Origin: Nageia nagi
Taxonomy: Eukaryota > Plantae > Pinophyta
Direction of reading: 5' to 3'
Length of the DNA stretch: 64,000 nt
Assembly (NCBI GenBank): GCA_050084985.1
Contig: JBITNC010000002.1
Span: 12,214,001 to 12,278,000, forward strand
The notes beneath the pieces are model-generated. The model ran no database searches, was not told the DNA's origin, and was given only the letters and a program-made list of their open reading frames with translations. The position numbers were made by a program, and so were the translations under genes. Positions 36,791 to 51,738 of this stretch are shown here, in pieces (position 1 is the first letter of the stretch; each line of letters opens with the position of its first letter).

Positions 36791-39700
36791 AAACCTATCA
36801 ACAAACCCGCCAATTGTACCTACCATGCCATCCTACCAGTTGTACCTACCATGTTAGCCTACCTGTTGACCAACTTTGACCTGCCCACCTCAAAATTCGT
36901 GCCTAGTCAATTTTTTTGCACAATCAACATTTTAAGGTGTTTTTTGGGGCTTTTTCGAATTTTGAAGAGTATTTTGGCCATAACTTCTTCAATTTTTGTT
37001 CATTTTCGGCGATTCATTTTTTGTTGGATCCAAAATTTTGATAGCTACAATTTGAAATCAATTTGAGACAATGATATTGTTTAGATTTTGGCTATAATAC
37101 ATAAATTTTGTAAATATGTTTTAGGGCACAAACCATTTTGAAAATTTTGAGACATTTAAGTTTTGTTGAAAAATGCATTCACTTGTGAGTATTGTTGGAA
37201 TAGTGTTGACTGGTAAAAAAAATTGATCGGAGTGGTCTAGTAAACTTAAGCATACCTTGATTTTCAATGATTTTTGGGTTGGCATTTTTGATGGTGAAAA
37301 CCAATCTACCAAACTGATTGATACCAAAGAGTTTGCGGTTTGGAACATAAAAAATAGTAAGGCCTATGCTTTGATTGCAGCTTCGATTAGTGAAGAGGTG
37401 AACCGCCACATTAACTCATTAGATAATGCTTGGAATGCATTGAAGATATAGAAAGATTTGTATGACTCTCATTCTAAATTGGAACTCATCCAATTACAGT
37501 TGAAGCTCTTCAACCTAGAGTTGAAAGACAATGATCCCATGGCATAAGTTTCATAAATTGTAGCAATTATGCATGACATAAACTCTACAAGCGTGAAGAT
37601 TGATATTGCTTTTGCAACCTTGATTAAAGCATTGGAGCTATCTTGAATCCCTACAAGCTAGTGGTAATCTGAAATCTCTCACATTTGATACATTAGAGGA
37701 TAAGATTGCAAAATGTGAGAGAACATTTGGAAAGAAGACTAGCAATTGTATTTCATACACATTATGTATTCCTCAAAAGGGGAATAATGTAGCTCATGAT
37801 TCTTTCATGGTGAAAGCAGCAATCGTGGTCGCGGTAGAAGGAATTTTAGAGGTAGGGGGTAGATCTAATCAAGGTGATCATGATGAGAAAAACAATCTTC
37901 ATTAGACAAGATGTGACAAAAATGGGGATGAAGTTGTTACCTATCCGACTCCATGGGAGAGATCAAAAAAAGAAATGAAAAATGAGAGCAAGAAAGGAGT
38001 AAGAACTCTGATTTTGCTCATTATGTTATTGCTCAATGGAACACTACAATTGAAACATTGTATAATTCCTCATTTGTATCTTGGGAGGATGCATGGTTGC
38101 TTGATGTTGATGCAACATGTCACATGTCATTTCGTAGAGATTTTTATGAAGAGATGAATACTAACATTGATGGTGCAGTGTATTTTGTTGATAGATCCAA
38201 TATTAAACCTTTGGGTATTGGTACTATGAGACTTCAGTTGCTAGGCCTTTTTGAATATGCTTCTCCATGATGTTCTCTACCTTTTTGAATTGCAAAGGAA
38301 CATGTTATCTCTTGTGCTCATTCGACAACAAGATTGCATGTTCGATCACAAAGTGGAGATAAGGAGGTCTTCTGACAATAAACTGGTGATGACTGATAGG
38401 GAGGATGAGAAGTTGAAGCCACATGGAAGTTGTACTAGAATGAGGAATTTGCTCATCTCACTCATCAAGAAAAAGGTACTCTCTCATCTAGTCTCTTGTG
38501 GCATGAAAGATTTGGGCATCTCAATTTTGATGATTTTTGTTTGTTAAAAAAGAAAGGTGTATTGGGATTGCCCACCATTCCTAGGAATGTAGAACCTTGT
38601 GAAGCATGTGTTCTACGAAAGCAAAACAAACAACCTTTTATTGACTCAAAATTTAGAGCATATAGAATTGTAGAACTCATACACTCTGATTTGTGTGGAC
38701 CATTGCTTGTTTTCTGCTGCTGGAAACAAATATATCATGACTCTCATTGATGATTATACTAGGATGTGTTGGGTGTATTTGTTGAAGAATAAGTAAGAAT
38801 ATTTTGAAAAGTTTAAACAGTTTCATCTTATGATTGAGAAAGAAGCACACAATCATATTAGCACTCTTCGTTCTGATAATGGGGGTGAATATACATCAAA
38901 TGAATTCAAAAACTATCTTAGTCAGCATGGAATCAAACGTCAAACAATTATTCCTTATAATTCGCAAAAGAATGAATAGAACTCTGTTGAATATGACTCA
39001 AGCAATGTTGTTTTTCAAGAATGTGAAAATGATGTTTTGGGGTGATGTATTTCAATGTGCAGTATATGTCAGAAACATATCTCCATCCCGTGTTCTTGAC
39101 AACAAGACTCCATATGAAATGTGGTTTGGTCGTTTTCCTTCGATTAGGAATCTTAGGGTTTTTGGTTTCATTTGTTATGCCTTGATCCCTAAGGAACAAA
39201 GAAACAAACTTGGTGCTAGGAGTCGAAAATGTATTTCCTTGGGGTACTTGGATACTACCAAGGGCTATAAGCTTTATGATGAGGTAAACAAGAAGTTCCT
39301 CTTTGCAAGGGACATCATTTTTCTTGAATGTTCCAAAAGTGACATGACTATAGAGCGATAGCTTGATCACCTTGATAGGTTTACCCGTGGACAACATTTC
39401 TTTGAAGTAGATTATAAGATTCCAAATCCTGAAGGGGGAATTCCTATATTGGATCAATATTTGGAATCTACAACACTTGTGTCTATTCATGAAGAAACTG
39501 TTCCAGTAGCAGAAACACCTCCTCCACAACAACAAGTTCCTTCCTCTTCGTCAATTCCATAAGTTACTTTGGATGATGTAATCAATGGGATTGGTAGTTT
39601 GAGGCTTGATGGTAATGTAGCACCTCCTCAACCTGTTGAGCAACTAGAAACATCACAAAAGATTCCTAAGTGGCTCTCCAAAATACTTGAAAGTGCTCAT

Positions 39701-41017
39701 ATTGATGAAGTGGGAAAACGGGAACTAGGAGTTCATACCATGAAAGACTAGAAGATGGAGCAATAGAAGATTCAGATTTAGGTAATGATGATGATGATAT
39801 CAATTGTTCATTGAATTGAATTTTTCTACTGATTACAAGCCAACTTCCTATAAAGAAGCTTTTTCTCATGATGTTTGGAAAGATGCCATGAAAAAGGAAT
39901 ATGATTCTCTCATCAAGAATAAGACTTGGAAGTTGGTGGATCCTCTATATGGAACCAAACCAATTTGTTGCCAGTGGATCTACAAAAATAAATACAAATC
40001 AGATGGCTCACTTGACAAACACAAAGTGAGGCTTGTGGCTAAGGGTTTTGCATAGAAAGAAGGTATTGACTATGAGAGACTTTTTCTCCTACAACCAAGT
40101 GGGCTACCATTTGTTCTTTGTTGGCAATGTCAACTCAATATGGGTGGAAAGATCATCAGATGGATGTAAAGATTGCTTTCTTGAATGGTGATTTGAAAAA
40201 GAATGTGTACACGAAACGACCAAAGGGATTTGCAGTGAAGGGTTAAGAACATAAGGTATGCAAGCTCATCAAGTCCTTGTATGGCCTTAAACAAGCTCTC
40301 GCACATGGTACGAAAATCTTACTGAGCATCTCTTGAAAATTAATTTTGAACACTTTAATTAAGATGATGCAACTTTATTTGTCAGAAGGATTGGCAAAAC
40401 TATTGTTTATCTTGTGGTGTATGTAGATGATCTTTTGATAACATGGAACAATGAGAGTTACATTGCATTCATGAAATAAGATTTGAAGAAAGGTCTTGAA
40501 ATGATAGATATGGGACATCTTCATTACTATTTGGGTGTTGAAGTGAAACAAAATTCAAGGTATATTTTCATTTTCCAAAGAAAGTACATTGGAGAGTTGT
40601 TGAATAGATTTGGCATGGTAGATTGTAATTCTCTTTCTACTCCAATGGAACAAAATTTAAAGTTGAAATCTATTGAAGGGAATCCATTTGAGGATGCTAC
40701 AAAATGTAGACAACTTGTAGGAAGTCTCATTTATCTAACCACAACTAGACTAGATATTTCATTTGCGGTTGGAATTCTTTCTCAATTTATGCAAAAAATT
40801 TGTTTAGGGCATTGGAATATAGCAAAAAGAGTTCTCAAATATTTTAAAGGAACACAAAAATTAGGGCTCAAATATCTAAGGTGGGAGATTTCAAATTGAT
40901 TAGATATTCAAATTTAGACTTTGATGGAAACAAAGAGAATGGAGTTTTGACTTCAATTAATGTCACGAGTCTTGGATCAACAGCTATCACTTGGAGATCA
41001 CGAAAGCAATTTGTTCT

Positions 41018-41825
41018 TGCAATATCCTTAAATCTGAAATTACCAAACCCTAGCTGAAAAATACTTATATTTTCTTCCAGAAACCCTAAGTTATATAGCA
41101 AACATCAAATTTGAAACTTGCCGCACAAAAATGAACGCAATAAACCTCAAAGTGGCAAACACAAATATTATTAAAAATATGTTGCAAATAGAAATGAATT
41201 GTTCAGCCGAAACACATCTCATACACTCCACAAAATGGCGTGAAATACAAACCCTAGATTAGATGTCCTCCTCTAGGAGGCAAATAAACCTTGGACAATA
41301 CACAAACAACCCTCTAATATTGCATGCAATCTGAACACAATCTCCACATAGTTGGCTGAAAAAACCTGAAAAGCCACTCTAGGATTTCAAACCCTCCAAA
41401 TTAGATCTGAAAACTAGAGCTCAAATCTCTCCCAACAATGAAGCACAAATGGCAAACCCTAGATGGATTCACCTCTCAATACAACCATAAGCAAGGGCAC
41501 ATCTTCTTGACTACAATGATTGTCTTCTTCTAAAGACTAGGGCACATCTCCTAGATCTAAAGAAGGCGAGTTAGAGTTCATCCCACAACACAACTCTCAT
41601 ACAAAATAAAAATACCAAATGACATGACCAAATGGGACACACCTCTTCCTTATATAACATGAGCTTCTAACTCTTCATTAAGTGGGGACCACTTTATTAC
41701 TAACTTATGACATAAATTTAAAACCTAAAAATACTCCTAATACTTAAAGTCCCATTTCCACATGTGTTCAATTAAATTTTATAAACTAAAAGTGAAAATA
41801 GGCATCCAAAAATGGGGATATTACA
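41018..41825. mobile_element. Solo LTR inserted in the Copia RNase H region
   Basis: TGCAATATCC...GGATATTACA termini; splits RKQ.V|P.DSTTEA; degenerate TSD GTTCT/GTACC. Confidence 0.8.
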
Positions 41826-43044
41826 GTACCAATAGATTCCACTACAGAAGCATAGTATGTGGCTGTTGCAGAGGCAACAAAAGATAGGAAGATACTAGGA
41901 GACTTGGAGGAAAAACAAGTGCATCCAACTCCACTTCTAAATATTTTTGCAAATTGATTGGCCAAAAATCCTAAATTTCATGAACGAACAAAGCACATCA
42001 ACACGAATTTTCATTTGATCTGACATCATGTAGAGGTCAAAACAATTCAGGTGAAACATTGTTCCACAGATGAGCAAACTGCATACATCTTCACCAAGGT
42101 GTTTGGACAAGAAAAGTTCAAGAAGATACTTGGACTTACAAATACCCATTCGGATTAAGGGGGGATTGTTAGACAACTAATCCTTAGGGATTATGGTATT
42201 TGTAATATAGTAGTAGTATTTACTAAATATAGAAAATTCATAGCCATGAGAATAGTGGAATATTAGGGTTCATAAGTTAGAGAATATGAAGAGTTCTTGA
42301 GAATGTCAAGGGTCACCAAGGAAAGTGGATATGAAGAGTCATTTGATAATGTATTTAATCTCATTTCTAAGCTAATACAATACTTTTGATCTTGGAGTTA
42401 ATGAACAGCCTGTCAATTCCAAAGGCTGCAGGATAGATTGATAACTTTCATCATGATTAAGGGGGAGTATGAAGGGAGCTTCAAGCAAACCAAAAGACAT
42501 GTGGAAGTTAAAAACCTTCATGAAAATCCAACTAGAATGGGAAACTGAAGGGTCATATCTAAAATGCAATATATCACATATTTGTTTCTTTTTCGCTGTG
42601 TGAGATGTTGCTCTGTGTATGTATTAAAACTGTATGTACTGATTTAAAAGCAACGCAAGACTTCATTGAAATACAAAAAACTTATTTTTATTTTCTTCTC
42701 ATGCTACATTATTCTCTATCCAAGTTCAGTTTAAGATGAAACCCACTTCTTTTACTACGTATCAACTAAGTTAGTTCTAAGTTCAGTTTCAGATGAAGAC
42801 TACTTCTGTGAGTGCATATTAACTAACAGAGATCTATTTGACTTGGAGCTTAATTCTCCTTCTCAAAGGGTGTTTCCACTAATTGTCATCCAAGTTTAGT
42901 CTGAGATGGAAGCCTAATTCTCATCTCATAGTGACAAGTATCCATTAAATATAACGTGAAGTGGAAAAACTCCCGAATTCTCCTTTATCTTTTTATAAAA
43001 AGAGGAAAACCCAGTGCTATATAGCAGGTGGAGCAATAACTGAC

Positions 43045-43939
43045 CTTTAGGCTTGTCTATAAGAATCGCAGCCCCAGTAGGACCGTCCCATCTGGCAGGA
43101 AGCTCTGACTTCATGCTAATCACTGGAGGCGTATCTGCGACTCCCTCCAACTTGGATGTACTATTTTCTACAGAATTTAACAACTTCTTTCCCTTCAAAA
43201 CCTTGGCCTTCTCCCCTTCATCATTGCCTTCACTACCTTTTCTGCTCAATTTAGTCATTTTCGCTTCAGAAATATTTTCTATCGCTTGAACTGCCCTACT
43301 CTCTTTATTCTTATCATCCACCCTTGGCTTCACAGGCTCGTCTGGATCAAGAAAAGCTTTCTCCAAACCCTGGTCGGGATAATACTTCTGTTCCAGCTTT
43401 CTTATCATTCGGTAATGCTTGTCCTTCTCCCAGGGAAAACAAAACGCATCATAGAAGTAGAGCTCCTCCTGTTTGTCATATAAACTTTTGAACTCCACAA
43501 TTTCTGGTTTGAGTTCAATGTACTTTTCCTCCTTTGGGTTTTCGTCCTTCTCACTGTCGGTGCCATACATGCGCTTTCTTCTCTTTTCATAAAATTTGCG
43601 CTTAGCTCTGTCAAGCTGAACCCAAGAATCGGAATTCCCCTTATCCAACCAATCTTCAAATGCATTTTTCTTCTTCTGGGGTTCATCATCGCCTTCCTTC
43701 GCCCTCATATTTACAACTCCCAAGATTTTCTTGGCTCTGGATATGTCTTGTCTCTCTGTATCTTTGTGTTCAAGCTTCAATCGTCTGGTTGGCAGTGGCT
43801 TCCTTAAGCGAGCTCGCCTTGACGAAGAACGCTGGGCTGCATTGTTATGTGAGACATGGAAGGAATGGCAAGGCATTCTGGTCATCCATCTCCATAGATG
43901 AATTGATCCGGATGAGCTGATAGTCATTAGTTTTTCCAT
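43045..43939 (-). CDS. truB: truB exon 1 (transit-peptide-like N-terminus, charged extension, ends ...ILIDKPK G)
   Basis: ORF 42926..43939; Ser/Arg-rich N-terminus; donor AAAG|GTCAG at 43044; 895 nt, phase 1. Confidence 0.9.
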
Positions 43940-45550
43940 TCCTCCTCAGGTTTTGCACAAGGCAAGATCTTACCCAGTTACTCGTATGTTTTTTTTGGTT
44001 GGTCTAAGTGCAAAAATTTCATTACAAATGAAATGGACCGTAATCCATACGAGAGCATTTACTTTTAAGTGTTAAAACAAAATACACAATCTAATAACGC
44101 CAAATCCCATGTTTCACTATATTTGTTGCTTATCCTTACATTAACTCTATTTTTGGTGGATTCATTTTCATTTTATGTTGAAGTAGAAGTTGTTGGAGTA
44201 AGTCATAGTATTTATGAATTGTTCAAAGAGATTTGTCTCAAAGTGGTCATAAGGTAATTCATCTATTCATATGTTATCATTTCTTTGAATGAGTTTAATT
44301 TTGCATGTAAATGGTTGGAAGATCATACTTTCATAGGTTATTTTCTCGATCAGATTTCAAATGACTCTTTCATTCGAACAACCTGACATCCCTATGAGAT
44401 AAAGGTTGAAGGTATCCAAAACCTAACCAAAATCTTCTTCCATTTTTTGATTTATTAATCTTAGAATGTTATGGCCATACTCCACTGATGGCCCTAGTAT
44501 GCATGCAATACCCTATTTATTTTTCAATAATGGAACTATGACTTCACGATATTGAATGATTTCTCCCTATAAGTCACTATGTGGGTATAATTTTTCAGGA
44601 TCTTGTTATCCATATAGCCATTCGTTAGTGCAAATTACTTGATTTGATATGGAAGTTCATAATCACATAAGTTCTATGCAATGCATCCCAACCACTACAT
44701 ATGTGTTCTAATTAACTTTTTTAAGGATTTAAATCAATATATAGACTTGCAAGTTGGGGATAGTCTCATCTAGTGGAGGTTTGTGTGTATCATCTTGTTA
44801 AAAGCCTATTATAGATGTCAATCGATCACCCATAAAATAAAGGATTTCCCATTGATGGAGGGTAAATTGAAGCCTCAACCTTATCCTTTGCACCTATAGT
44901 ACCTACATAGAAAACATTGAGGATGAACGGATTTGCTGATACTAAAAATTAAATGGAAAAATTCTAAATAATTTAGATAATATCAATCATGCAAATAATT
45001 AACAATAATTGAAAATAAAGTATAAGGTGATTATTCAATAATTAGAGATCAAATAAAACCTATCAAGATAAGGAATAGAGATGATATCAAATCTATTGTC
45101 TTACCTCAAGAAACAAATCACAAACCAAAATATGTCATACAAGTCATCAATGAATCTTGCACAAGATCTTAGCTCAAAAATTAACAAGTACATAATACTA
45201 GTGTTGGACCTAGGGCCTAGCTCTTGTGTTAGAGAATAATAAAGAGAGACCTATAGGAAAGTAATCGATCGATCACACTTACAGGATCACACCTATTGTA
45301 ATGTATAATATGAAATATGGATAGAGCTCATATGAAAGATAAAATCTCAAGTCTTGATAGGTGGTGCTATGAAACAACAGTCAATAGAATGCATGTGAGA
45401 CTATTACTACCAAGATTCAATCTCATATCGCATGTGTAGTTCTCTACTTTAAATAGGCAAGCATCTCCTTAACCCAAGTTATATCACTTAGCACTCCCTT
45501 GATCCTTACACCATAAAAGAAGGAAATAGCATGAGATGATATGCATATCA

Positions 45551-48500
45551 TGTTAGGAATTGAGTCTGATTATTTGGCTAACTCATAGTTTTATGTTCTC
45601 TATTTTGTAATCGACACACATTGGGTAGATTAGTACCAATCAATCAGAATATCAACAAGTGTCAATTCGCTAAAAGATCAACCAATCAGCCGAAAGATCA
45701 ACTAGTAGGTCAATCGATCAACCAATCAACCTCAAAAGAGAAGATCATAAATGCCAATTTGCCACTTAAAGGAAGATCAGTAGTAATTGGCCTAAGGTGA
45801 TCGATCTTGATATAGGATCGATATGATAGTGGCAACTATGATTCCAAAGGCATAAAAGGTCTATTTTGGGCTTGTAAACTCACTCTTTCTTTAATTTAAG
45901 TTTAGGAATTGGTTTTTCCATTGATGGTAGATTTATTACATGGGTTTTCACTCTAGTTTGGTCTAAAATTAAGCTTGTATGGATCTTTGTAAATCTATTG
46001 TAAGATTCATTGTAAAGAGGAGGAATTGGAGTAGAGATTTGCATAGGTGTGAGAAATAGGAAAGGAGGTAATTCCTTTTAAGAGAGATTGAGTTTGTAGC
46101 TAGTGAGTATTCCTTGTGTAAACCAAAGAGAAATGTATAATGGTTTGGTTGTATGTTGTATCTATTGGTGGCTTTGGATTGATTGAATCAAAGGATTAGA
46201 TATTCTTTATGGACATAGCCCACATTGGGTGAACCATGTTACATTGCTTGTTCTCTCTTGTATGATCTTGTTTACTTGATTTTTTTTTTGGTTTTGAATA
46301 GAGTAATTGATCAACTTTATTTTTATATATTAAATCCTATCAAGTGGTATCAAGCTTCATGTTTTTAAAGGGAGGGATTTTGAATCAAGTGGAAGCAATG
46401 GCAGAAGAAGGGAGGTTTAGGGTGGAGAAGTTTAATGGTTAGAATTTTGGAAGATGTAAATGGGAATACTTCTACCAAAAGGACCTTAATTTACCCCTTA
46501 GGGAAAAGGTAATGAGTAAACTCATAAACATGGATGATGCAAACTGGGAGCTTTTGGATAAAAAGGCTTTAGGTATAATGAGATTGTGCTTGGGTGTAAT
46601 TGTAGTCTTCAACATCTCAAAGGAAAAGACTAAAAAGGGTGTCATGGACAAGTTGGCTAAGATGTATGAAAGCCCTTAACCTCAAACAAGGTATTTCTTA
46701 ACAAATAATTATTTAATATACAAATTCTTGAAGGAGTTTTTATTTTGGATCACTTGAATGAGTTTAATATTATTACTAATCAATTTAATTTAATGGTTTT
46801 AGATTTTAATGATGAAGTAAGGGCCTTGGTGATATTGTATTCATTGTCAGAAAGTTGAAGTATCTTGGTAATGATGGTTAGTAATTTTGCTTCAAGTTCT
46901 AATAAGTTAGTGTTTGATGATATGGTGGGCATCCTTCTTAGTGAGGAAACGTAGAGATAAAACCATAGGGGAAACAATGGAGAATCCTAATGCATTACTT
47001 GTTGAGAATAAAGGAAGATAAAGGGAGAGAGGTGGACATCAAAATCAAGGAAGGGTAAAAGGTAATTCCAATGGAAAAGGCATTATTGAGTGTTGATATT
47101 GTGGGAAGAAGGGACATCTCAAGTGTGATTGTTGGGCTAGGAAACAAGATGGAAAAGAAAGCAATGTGAATGAAGGTAATAATCATGAAGCAAACATCAT
47201 TAGTGAGTTTCTTAAAGAAGCTTTAATATTAACTCTAAACATGCATAATGATTATTGGATGTTAGAATCAGGAGCTTCTTTCCATGTTACTTATCATAAG
47301 GGTTATTTTATTAAGTATATTCAAGGAGATTTTAGACAAGTTAAGTTGGGTAATGATCATCCATGAAGGATAGTTGGTATGGGGAAAGTTAAGATCAAGT
47401 TACCAAATGGAAATCAAGAGGTGCTCAAGGAGGTGAGGTACATCCTTGATTTGAAAAGGAATCTCATTTCGGAAAGCAAACATGATGGTGAAGAATATAT
47501 GGTTTCATTCAAAAATAAAAGTTAGAATGCATATAAGTGTTCCATAGTTGTTGCTAAAGGTAATATGGTTGGTTCTCTATATTTTCTTATTAACACTTCT
47601 AACGATGTTATGGATTTAGCTCCTATAGGTGAGAATGTAAACAAGCAACATCACAAGTTTGGAGATAAAAGGGAAGTGGGTTTTGGAGGAGAAAAGAAGA
47701 AGGTTGGAAAGGGTGTTTCCAAGGATAAGAAGAAGAATATATGGATACCAAAGGTGCAAGGGATTCTTCAACATTAGGATAAGGAAATTCCATCAAGGGA
47801 TGTTGGAATATGTGAAAGGGTAAACCAAGAATTCTCCATAGATTCATGTATTTTATATACTAATGATGGTAATTTTTGTGTGCAAAAGAAATCCAAGAAG
47901 GAGTGGGAGCTTGTTGGCATGGACAAGGAGGTAAAATCCTTGATGCAAGACCAAGGGTGTTTGGTGAAGCTACTTATAGCTATGAAATATTTGTATGATT
48001 TTTATATATGCATGATGGAAACAAAGGAAAAAGGAGTGCACAAGGAAAGTCTTACAATAAAAGTATTTGCACAAGAAGCTGGTATGACCCATGGAGTGGA
48101 AGGTGTGGACTGGTTGAGGTTCATGGAACATCAAGATGGAAACTAGTTGAGGTTCATGGTGAGTTCAGTTGGAAGACTTGGTTAAGTTGCAAAGAAGGAA
48201 TTGGCGGTTATCCCAATTTCATTTGATCTCAAGGAGTAAGAGGTCAAGATGAGAATATCCATATCCAAGGTGTTGCAGGAATCAATCTCAAAGTGGAATA
48301 TTGTTAGGAATTGAGCCTAATAATTTGTCTAGCTCATGGTTTTCTATTTTTTTTTTTTTTTTGTAATCAACATACACAAGGTAGATCAATATCAATTGGC
48401 TAGAAGATTAGTAAGATCTAGTCAATTGTAAGATCAGTTGGTTGATTGATAAATTAGCCACTCGATCTCAACCTCCTAAGGGAAGATCAAGAATGCTAAT

Positions 48501-51500
48501 CTTCCCCCTGAATTAAGATCAATAGTAATTGGCCTAAGGCATCCGATCTTGATAAAGGATTGGTATGATGATGGTTGACTACAATTCTTGAGGCATAAAA
48601 TCTCTATTTTAGGCTTGGAAACTCATTCTTACTTTATTCTAAGTTTAGGAATTGATGTTGCTATTGATGGAAAATTTATTTCATGGTTGCTAGCATGGGA
48701 ATTGGTCAACTTAATATGAAATTAACAATCAATTGACCAAAGTAAGTTATATGTATCAGTTTGGAAACTAAATCATATAAGTTTGGAGGATGAGTTAAGT
48801 TAACTAATCGAGATTAAGCAAAGCAACACCAAGATAACTAATTGACACACCTCTTCCAAAGTTTCACAAAGAAGATATAAAAAGTGACTCTAAGAGTTAT
48901 GGAGAAGCATAAATCAATCATACCAACACTCATTCATCAAATATCACTACTACACATCAACATATTGTATAAGTGCCCATCAACATGCCATAGATGTGTC
49001 GACTAGTGAAGTTATGAGAGTCTAGTGGGATAGACTATAACATATAGCAAATATCATTATATCAATTGTTATAATTGAATGTATTTGAACTTATTAATAA
49101 ATAAATTATCCCTCTTTTTTATAAATTATTATGTGCCCCACTTTCTATTTATTTAAGTAGTTTATATTCATTTCTTTAATTCTTTTAATTCCAGTTGTAG
49201 GTAAGAACCCCCAATTAAATAGATCCATTGGCCAATAGTTCTATTGTTGGGATACTTACAAATAGGGAAGTGAGACATCCATGAAATAGTATAATGAGAA
49301 TAACACTTGGGAATACTGTTAATGAGAATATGACATGTGAGATTAGTTGATTTTCAATAAATAATGATATTGGTAAAAAAAAAAGAGGAATCAAAAGACA
49401 TTTGCATATAGTTCACTTAAAGTTGACAAAAGGGAGAAATGGTCAATTTTATGAAAAAGATGGATTACATATTTTAATAAAAATATTGGAGAAGTATGTA
49501 GGATAAAAGATTCATGTAACTATTATTCACATATGTTCCTTATAGGTGAGAGATGCATGGGACCTAGGTTTCCAATATTGCATATAGTCTATTTTAGAAA
49601 CAAAGATTGTTGCCTCCCCCCATATGAAGTTCTCATTAATGAAGTTTACAAAGATGAAGCTCTAAAAATGAGAAAACTTGCAAAGAAATGAAGACCAAAC
49701 TAAAGAGATTAACAAATAAAAAAAAAGGTACAAGAGTTACTTAGAGAAGAAAGGTGAAGAAATAACAATCAATTAGAAGGAATATAAAGAGAAAAAGATT
49801 CAGATCGATAGAATCAATAGAGAACTTTGGTTTGTCAGGAATACGTACATAATAAAAGTAGATTATGACCAATTGGGTTGTTTTATGGAAGAGATACTAA
49901 TTATTTTGCATAGAGTAGAGTAGTAGGGACTACAACAAGAATTATGATAATGGAACCTATATTGAGACCTATATACTCTATTCTTAGGAGGTACATTATT
50001 TCTTTGTAAAAAATATAAAGGGTATTTTGTTGACTTCGAAGAAGAGCTAAGAAGAAAGAAATCCTCCTCTTATACTATGATTTACTAAAATTCATAGGAA
50101 TGCTCTTGTAAGAATAATACCAATTTATCTAAAAGAAGCCTCGAGGATGAGTCATTATCTTAAGTTGGGGAGGATATGCTAATAGAAAATCGATTGACAA
50201 GGTTCAAGAAGGAAAAGAAAATGAGGAAGATAATTTTTATGTTAAAAAGGATGGAAGAAATATGAAGAAAAGGAGAGACTGATAAGTACTTCGAAGAATA
50301 AGAGTAGGAGTAGGTTAGTAGAGAATAGAGTAGGAGGAATAAAGATTCCTAACTTAGTAAATGACCTTGAGATTAGGATTTGTTTCCTTTCCTAGAGAGA
50401 TACCAAATGATGAATTACCATCTTTGGGAATAAAGATGAACTATGATAGGAAGGAATAGAAAATGCCAAGATCAATGGGAAATCAAGAAACCACCTAGAA
50501 GATACCAATTAACAAACTACCCCCACCAGAATTAGAGGTGAATATTAAGGTTATATAAGGAAATGTTGATGAATCAATAGAGATTTCAACATATCTGACT
50601 ACTTATACTATATTGACTAATGAATCACCATCCCTAGAAATGAGGATCAACTATGATTGGAATAGGAAGAAAGAAATATGATCAACAAAGATCATGGAGT
50701 TAGAAGATAGTAATGAGAAGAAATGACTTTGAGAATCCTCTTATACCTTTGTACTCTCTCTGTCCAAAAACTAGATAAAGGAAGTCTCAAGGACTAGCCT
50801 TGGTTTTAATTTGGGAAGGCTATTAGCATGGAAATCGATCAATCAAATATGATATTTACAATCATTCAACCAAAGTAAGTTATATGTATTGATCTGGCAA
50901 CCAAATCATATTAGTTTGAAGGATGAGTTAAGCTAACTAATTAAGATTAAGCAAAGTGATACCAAGATAACTAATAGGTACACCTCTTATGAAGTAACTT
51001 GAAGAGTTATATATAATAATCAATAAATCAACCCATCACTCATCCATTGAACATCACTACTACACATCAACATATTGTATAAGTAACTATTTGTAAGCCT
51101 CATGAGAGCCGAGTATGATGGACTATATCATATAGAAAATATCAATGTATCGATTATTATAATCAAATGTATTTGAACTTAGATATTAATAAAGAGATTA
51201 CCTCCCTCTTTAATTAATTATTATGCACCCCCATTTCTATCTACTAAAGTAGTTTATATTCATTTATTTCATTCTTTCGATTCTAGTTGTAGGTAAGATT
51301 CCCCAATTGACTGAATCCATCAATCAATAATTATTTTTCAGTATAGTTTGGTCTAAGATAAAGCTTGTATAGATCTTTATAAATATATTATAATATTCAT
51401 TGTAAAGAGAAGGAATTGGAGAGAATTAGAGTAGAGATTTACATAGATATGAGAAATAAGAGAGTAGGTAATTCCTTGTAAGAGAAATTTAGTTTGTAGT

Positions 51501-51738
51501 GAGTATTCATTGTGTAAACCAAAGACAAAGGTACAATGGTTTAGCTATTGGTTATATCTCTTGGTGTCTTTGGATTGATTGAATCAAAGGATTGGATATT
51601 ATTTATGGATGTAGTCCACATTGAGTGAACCATGTTACATTATTTTTTCTCTCTTGTGTGATCTTATTTACCTAATTCTTCTTTTGGTTTTGAGTAAAGT
51701 AATTTCTCAACTTTATTTTTATATATTAAATCCTAATA
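45551..51738 (+). mobile_element. Internally deleted Copia element whose 3' LTR is split by another LTR element
   Basis: 5' LTR 45551-46342; PBS at 46345; gag MAEEGRFRVEKFNG; protease WMLESGASFH; 3' LTR 48302-48687 plus ~51331-51738; TSD TATCA/TGTCA. Confidence 0.8.
48688..51330 (+). mobile_element. Nested non-autonomous LTR element
   Basis: Direct repeats of ~520 bp (~48688-49235 and ~50821-51328) around a decayed A-rich internal region. Confidence 0.7.

Larger units (their letters stand above)
35900..42415 (+). mobile_element. Full-length decayed Ty1/Copia LTR retrotransposon
   Basis: 249-bp LTRs 35900-36148 and 42167-42415; PBS TGGTATCA at 36150; PPT AAGGGGGGA; TSD ATTCT/ATTCC; gag-PR (WLLDVDATCHM)-INT (WHERFGH, LIHSDLCGP)-RT-RH order. 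Confidence 0.95.
8435..43939 (-). other. truB: TruB-family tRNA pseudouridine-55 synthase gene span (7 exons found, 3' end not found), probably plastid-targeted
   Basis: Exons 43939-43045, 33144-33089, 32889-32807, 15953-15875, 9629-9519, 8903-8794 and 8518-8435 splice at GT-AG sites into one frame (1418 nt). It contains the TruB motifs [23 protein letters not shown] (catalytic Asp), QVPPMFSAIK and CSKGTYVRSL. Confidence 0.95.
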
